A stretch of DNA of 63,598 bases, counting the filler, from Folioceros fuciformis (lineage: Eukaryota): assembly GCA_049999805.1 (NCBI GenBank). It is 11 parts of 11 records of this genome, joined end to end, with 100 filler letters (N's around TTAATTAATTAA, not from the genome) between each part and the next. Parts side by side here need not be neighbours in the genome. Positions count along the whole stretch, not along the records: positions 59,645 to 63,598 come from JBNGIO010005221.1; 10 more parts are not named here. One strand, 5' to 3'. This document shows, piece by piece, positions 59,645 to 63,598 of the stretch. Both the position numbers and the translations under genes were made by a program. Position 1 is the first letter of the stretch. Each line of letters begins with the position of its first letter. The notes beneath the pieces are model-generated. The model saw only the letters and a program-made list of their open reading frames with translations. It was not told the origin of the DNA and searched no databases.

Positions 59645-62600
59645 TGTTCAAGAGGAGTTGAAACAGGTTTGCAATTTTGCATCTGGAAACGTGCTAGGAT
59701 CTGCCTGATATATTTAGCCTGGTGCATAAAAATACTCCTTCTTTCTCTGTCTCTTTGAATTTGCATCCCTAGGCAGAATGTTAATGCACCTGAGTCTGTC
59801 ATCTTGAATGCAGACTTGAGCTGCTCCTTCAGCTCTCCAATCATATTCAGGCTATTGGACATAATAAGTATGTCATCAACATATATTGCGAGTGCCAAGA
59901 AATTCTTGCCCTCGCCCTTCTTTACATAAACGTTACCGTCTGCATGAATAGGCAGGTAGTTATGAGAAACTAGGAAGCTATGTATACGTGCAAACCATGC
60001 ACGAGGACTTTGCTTAAGTCCATATAAGGTCCTTTTGAGCTTGCATACAGTCTGCTGTTTAGTGTCAGAAGGTAATAATCCAGCAGGTGGCTCCATATAG
60101 ATCTCTTCATTCAGATGTCCGTACAGAAACGCTGTGGTAACATCGAGCTGTTCAAGCTCATAATTGTGGACAGCTGACAGGGCCATAAATAATCTGAGAG
60201 TGCTCATCTTTACTACAGGACTGAAGGTGTCCGTATAGTCGACTCCTGCAACTTGTGAGTAGCCCTTTGCCACTACTCTTCCTTTATAACGTTCTATGCT
60301 ACCATCAGCTTTCAATTTAACCTTAAACACCCATTTACTGCCAATGAGCTTCCTTCCAGGTGGCAGCTGAGTGAGTTCCCAAGTTTCATTCTCCTTCAAT
60401 GAATTCAGCTCGGAGGCAATTGCCTTCCTCCAATGTTCAGCATCAGGACAGGCCAATGCCTCCTCATAGGTTTGTGGCTCGAAGTGCTCAATTGCAGCAG
60501 CTAAACAGTAAGTCAGATTTGACTTTGAATGCTTTGGGTCCTTGCCATGCCGCCAATCATGAGCTTTGTATAGGTCAATTTTCCCAGCAGTTGACCTAAC
60601 AGGTTTTTGACTTGGCTGTACAGGTACTGAGACAGCCTTCTTCTTGCGTTGCACAACTCCAGATGTCTGTGTATGCTGATAATGTGAGGGTGTAGAAAAC
60701 AAGTCTCCAAGAGACACTACTCCCTCTATGTCAAAATCTCCAAATACAATAGGTGCCGTTTCAGCACTACTAGTGGGTCTATTTGGAGGTTGACTGATTG
60801 GCGTAGCTGGAACTTGCTGCCCTTGTACACCAACTTGAGGATTAGCTGGTGGTACAGTAACTTGAGGTACAGCAGCTATTGGATTTGAGGGCACTGATTC
60901 TTGCCCTTCATCATCTGATGTTTCAGGTGTATCCTGGGAGGCAGCTCCCACTGAATCAAGTGATTCCACTCCTTCAACAAAAATGACATCCCGAGAATGT
61001 GTCACCCTCCTGGTACGCTTGTCAATAACTTTGTATCCTTTGATACCATCTGAAAAACCCAGAAAGATGCAGGATGTTGACTTAGGATCAAATTTCTGCC
61101 TAAGATCTTTGTGAACATGCACATAAACAGGTGATCCGAAGACCCTCATGTGAGAAACATCAGGCTTTTCTCCAGTCCAAAGCTCGTAGGGGGTCTTGTC
61201 TTGGACAGCTGCATGCTCTATCCGATTTTGTATGAATGTGGCCTATGCTACTGCTTCTGCCCAGTAGCACTTCGGAAGATTAGCATACGTTAGCATGCTA
61301 GAAGCTGCTGTCTCCAGGGATTTGTTCTTATTCTCGGAGACACCATTTTGTTGTGGAGTACGTGCATTTGTCAGCTGCCTCGATATGCCATTTGCAGAGG
61401 TAAACGCCTGAAACTCAGCAGATACATACTCTCCTCCATTGTCAGAACGCAATGCCTTGAGTCTGTGCTCAGTTTTGTTTTCTGCCCATGCCTTGTACTC
61501 CATGAAGCAGGACAAAGTTTCAGACTTGCGTTTGAGGAGATAGATCACAGTGAACCTCGAATAGTCATCGATGAATGACAAAAAATAGGTCTTTCCTCCT
61601 ATTGACACAGGTAGTGGTCCACATACATCGCTGTGCACTAACCCAAGCAATTTTGTAGCTCTCTCAGCTGGTTCTGACGGAAAGGGTGCTCTGTGGTGCT
61701 TCCCAACAACGCATGCATTGCATATACCAAAGTCAGATAAGGTATCTAACTTTAGTCCCTTCACCAGCTGATTTTTATACATGCGTACTAGCTTTTGGAA
61801 GTTCAGATGGCCAAGTCTCAAATGCCATAGGTATGTTAAAGATGGCTTTGCCATGTGTGCAGGGTGCACAGGTGCATTGTCTTGAACATGCTTGATGTTC
61901 AAATGATATAAATCATCAGCTTTGAGTCCTCCAGTAGCCATGAGCTTCCCTTCCGGAGTCTCCACTATGCACTTGCCTCCGCCGAAGAAGATGTAGCAGC
62001 CTGACTGGTCTATCTTTCGTATAGATACCAGGTTTTTAGCTAATCCTGGTACATAGAGCACCTCTGGGATTTCTAGGTGCTGATCAGGCTCGAGGTCAAG
62101 CTGGATTGTTCCTTGACCTTCGATTTTGTGCTTAGTGTTGTCCCCCAGGCAAACAAACCTCTCAGCATTTATTGGTTCAAGATTTGTGAAGTAGGCATGA
62201 TTTGGCGTCATGTGCTGAGACGCTCCTGAATCTATGTACCACACCTGGTCAACCTGGGATGCGTAACAGGTAACCACCAATGCTGAGATACTGGTTGCAT
62301 GATGCGGTACATTTTCAGCCTCTTCTACTGTGGCTGCAAAAGCCTTAGTATATTTCTTCATGGTAACTGCCAAATTACCACTAGTGTGGCTGCCTCCTGA
62401 CCGATTAGCCAGTCTTTTTCTACAGACTTCCCAGGTGTGATTGGGAATTCCGCAATAGCCGCATGGCGGCTTGCTCTTTCCAGCATTAAAGGGCTGTGGT
62501 CTGAATGAGATACCACGTCCTCGGCCTCTTCCTCTGACAAAAGGCCTGCCTTTGCCTTTGCCTCGTCCAGGTTTATTAATGAACAAGGCCTTATCTCCTG

Positions 62601-63219
62601 CAGCTGTTGAGGACGATGCCATAGTTCGGCGATTTTCCTCAGTAAGCATAGTTGAGATGACACGGTTTACCGTGATCTGTGCTACATTCTGCAGAGATTG
62701 GACTACATTGGTCCAGCTTTCTGGCAGCTGTGAAAGGAGAATGACAGCCATTATTTCTTCATCGAGTTTCAAGCCGAGTGCCAGGAGTTCTGTTTGCCAA
62801 CTTCTCCAGGTGAGGACAAACTCAGCAACTCTGTCAGTTTCTGACATCTTCTGGCATACAAAAGACTTGAGCGTGTGAGTCTTTAGCATCAAGTCTGAAG
62901 CATCATATACTTCAAGTAATTGTTGCCAGAGAGCTGCTGCTGATGTAAAAGAGCCCATGAGTGTGGCTATATGAGAGCTCTTGACACTCATAGTTAATGA
63001 ACTCCTTGCTTGTTGATTTGCAGTCTGCCATGCTGCAATCTCATCCGATGGTGCAGTGTTTGGTGGTTCAAGTTTCACAGCAGCTGCACCTACGTATTCC
63101 CACAAATTTCTCGACTTCAGCAATTCTTCCATACGGAACTTCCACAGGTTAAAATTTTCCCCATCAAACTTATCTTCCTTCGCCAAGGCAAGAGGGGTTT
63201 GTGGCTGTTGCCCAGCCAT
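59645..63219 (-). mobile_element. Near-intact Ty1/copia gag-pol (single in-frame TAG at 61243-61245; 3' end cut by contig)
   Basis: KFDGENFNLWK, CGYCGIPNHTWEVC, WYIDSGASQHM, WHLRLGH..CNAC, HSDVCGP/SDNGGEY/NGVSE, YVDDIL; both ORFs lie in the same frame. Confidence 0.96.
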
Positions 63220-63598
63220 GACTCTCAGTCGAGAGAATGAAAAGTAGCCTTGCAGGAGGAAGGTGAATTTCGTTGACACTTTACCTCTAAAGACATTTGA
63301 ATACTTTCTTGTTGGGCAAAACAGAACTCAGAATGCAGTTTGTGTACTACATGACAAGTGAAGGTTTCTATGTAATGGACACAGGGTATGAATGGTTGTT
63401 CCTTAAGCAGTTCACTCAACGAATTGAAGACTAATGTGTGGACACTATCTGGTGTCGCAGGCAGATTTATGACAAAGGTTGACCTGGAAGACATGTCTGC
63501 TATTGGACCAGGTCAGAAATATCTATCTTGCTCCAGTCATACCCATCATTGGCTTCGAAACCCTGAACCACATTTGTTGCCATTAGTTCTAAGATGAT

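Noticed and set aside
61243-61245. Programmed stop-codon readthrough in the copia polyprotein
   Set aside because: The stop falls within the integrase region, not at a gag/pol or pol/env junction, and lacks a CARYYA context; a point mutation is more likely.
63388-63597. FMTKVDLEDM resembling a DIRS/RT motif
   Set aside because: Isolated short match with no other RT motifs before the window ends.

Overview
Eukaryotic (streptophyte plant, probably a non-seed land plant; host inferred, not proven) draft-assembly sequence. It consists of 11 short contigs joined by an artificial 100-bp spacer (N44-TTAATTAATTAA-N44), so adjacency across spacers is not biological. Most of the window is nested, decayed Ty1/copia and Ty3/gypsy LTR retrotransposons. 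One intact host gene is present: a 17-exon CPL1/FRY2-like Pol II CTD phosphatase with two dsRBMs (41434-46552). A TORNADO1-like (Roco/COR) pseudogene 3' end lies at 56038-57769. Two observations stand out. (1) A Ty3/gypsy element carries a full-length, stop-disrupted DNMT3-like C5 cytosine methyltransferase domain in the same reading frame between its protease and RT (53004-55937). (2) Several copia elements have small ORFs antisense to pol just inside the 3' LTR, mostly with a hydrophobic N-terminus; two are homologous and both start exactly 54 bp from the LTR. All family assignments come from motif recognition by eye, not from database searches.
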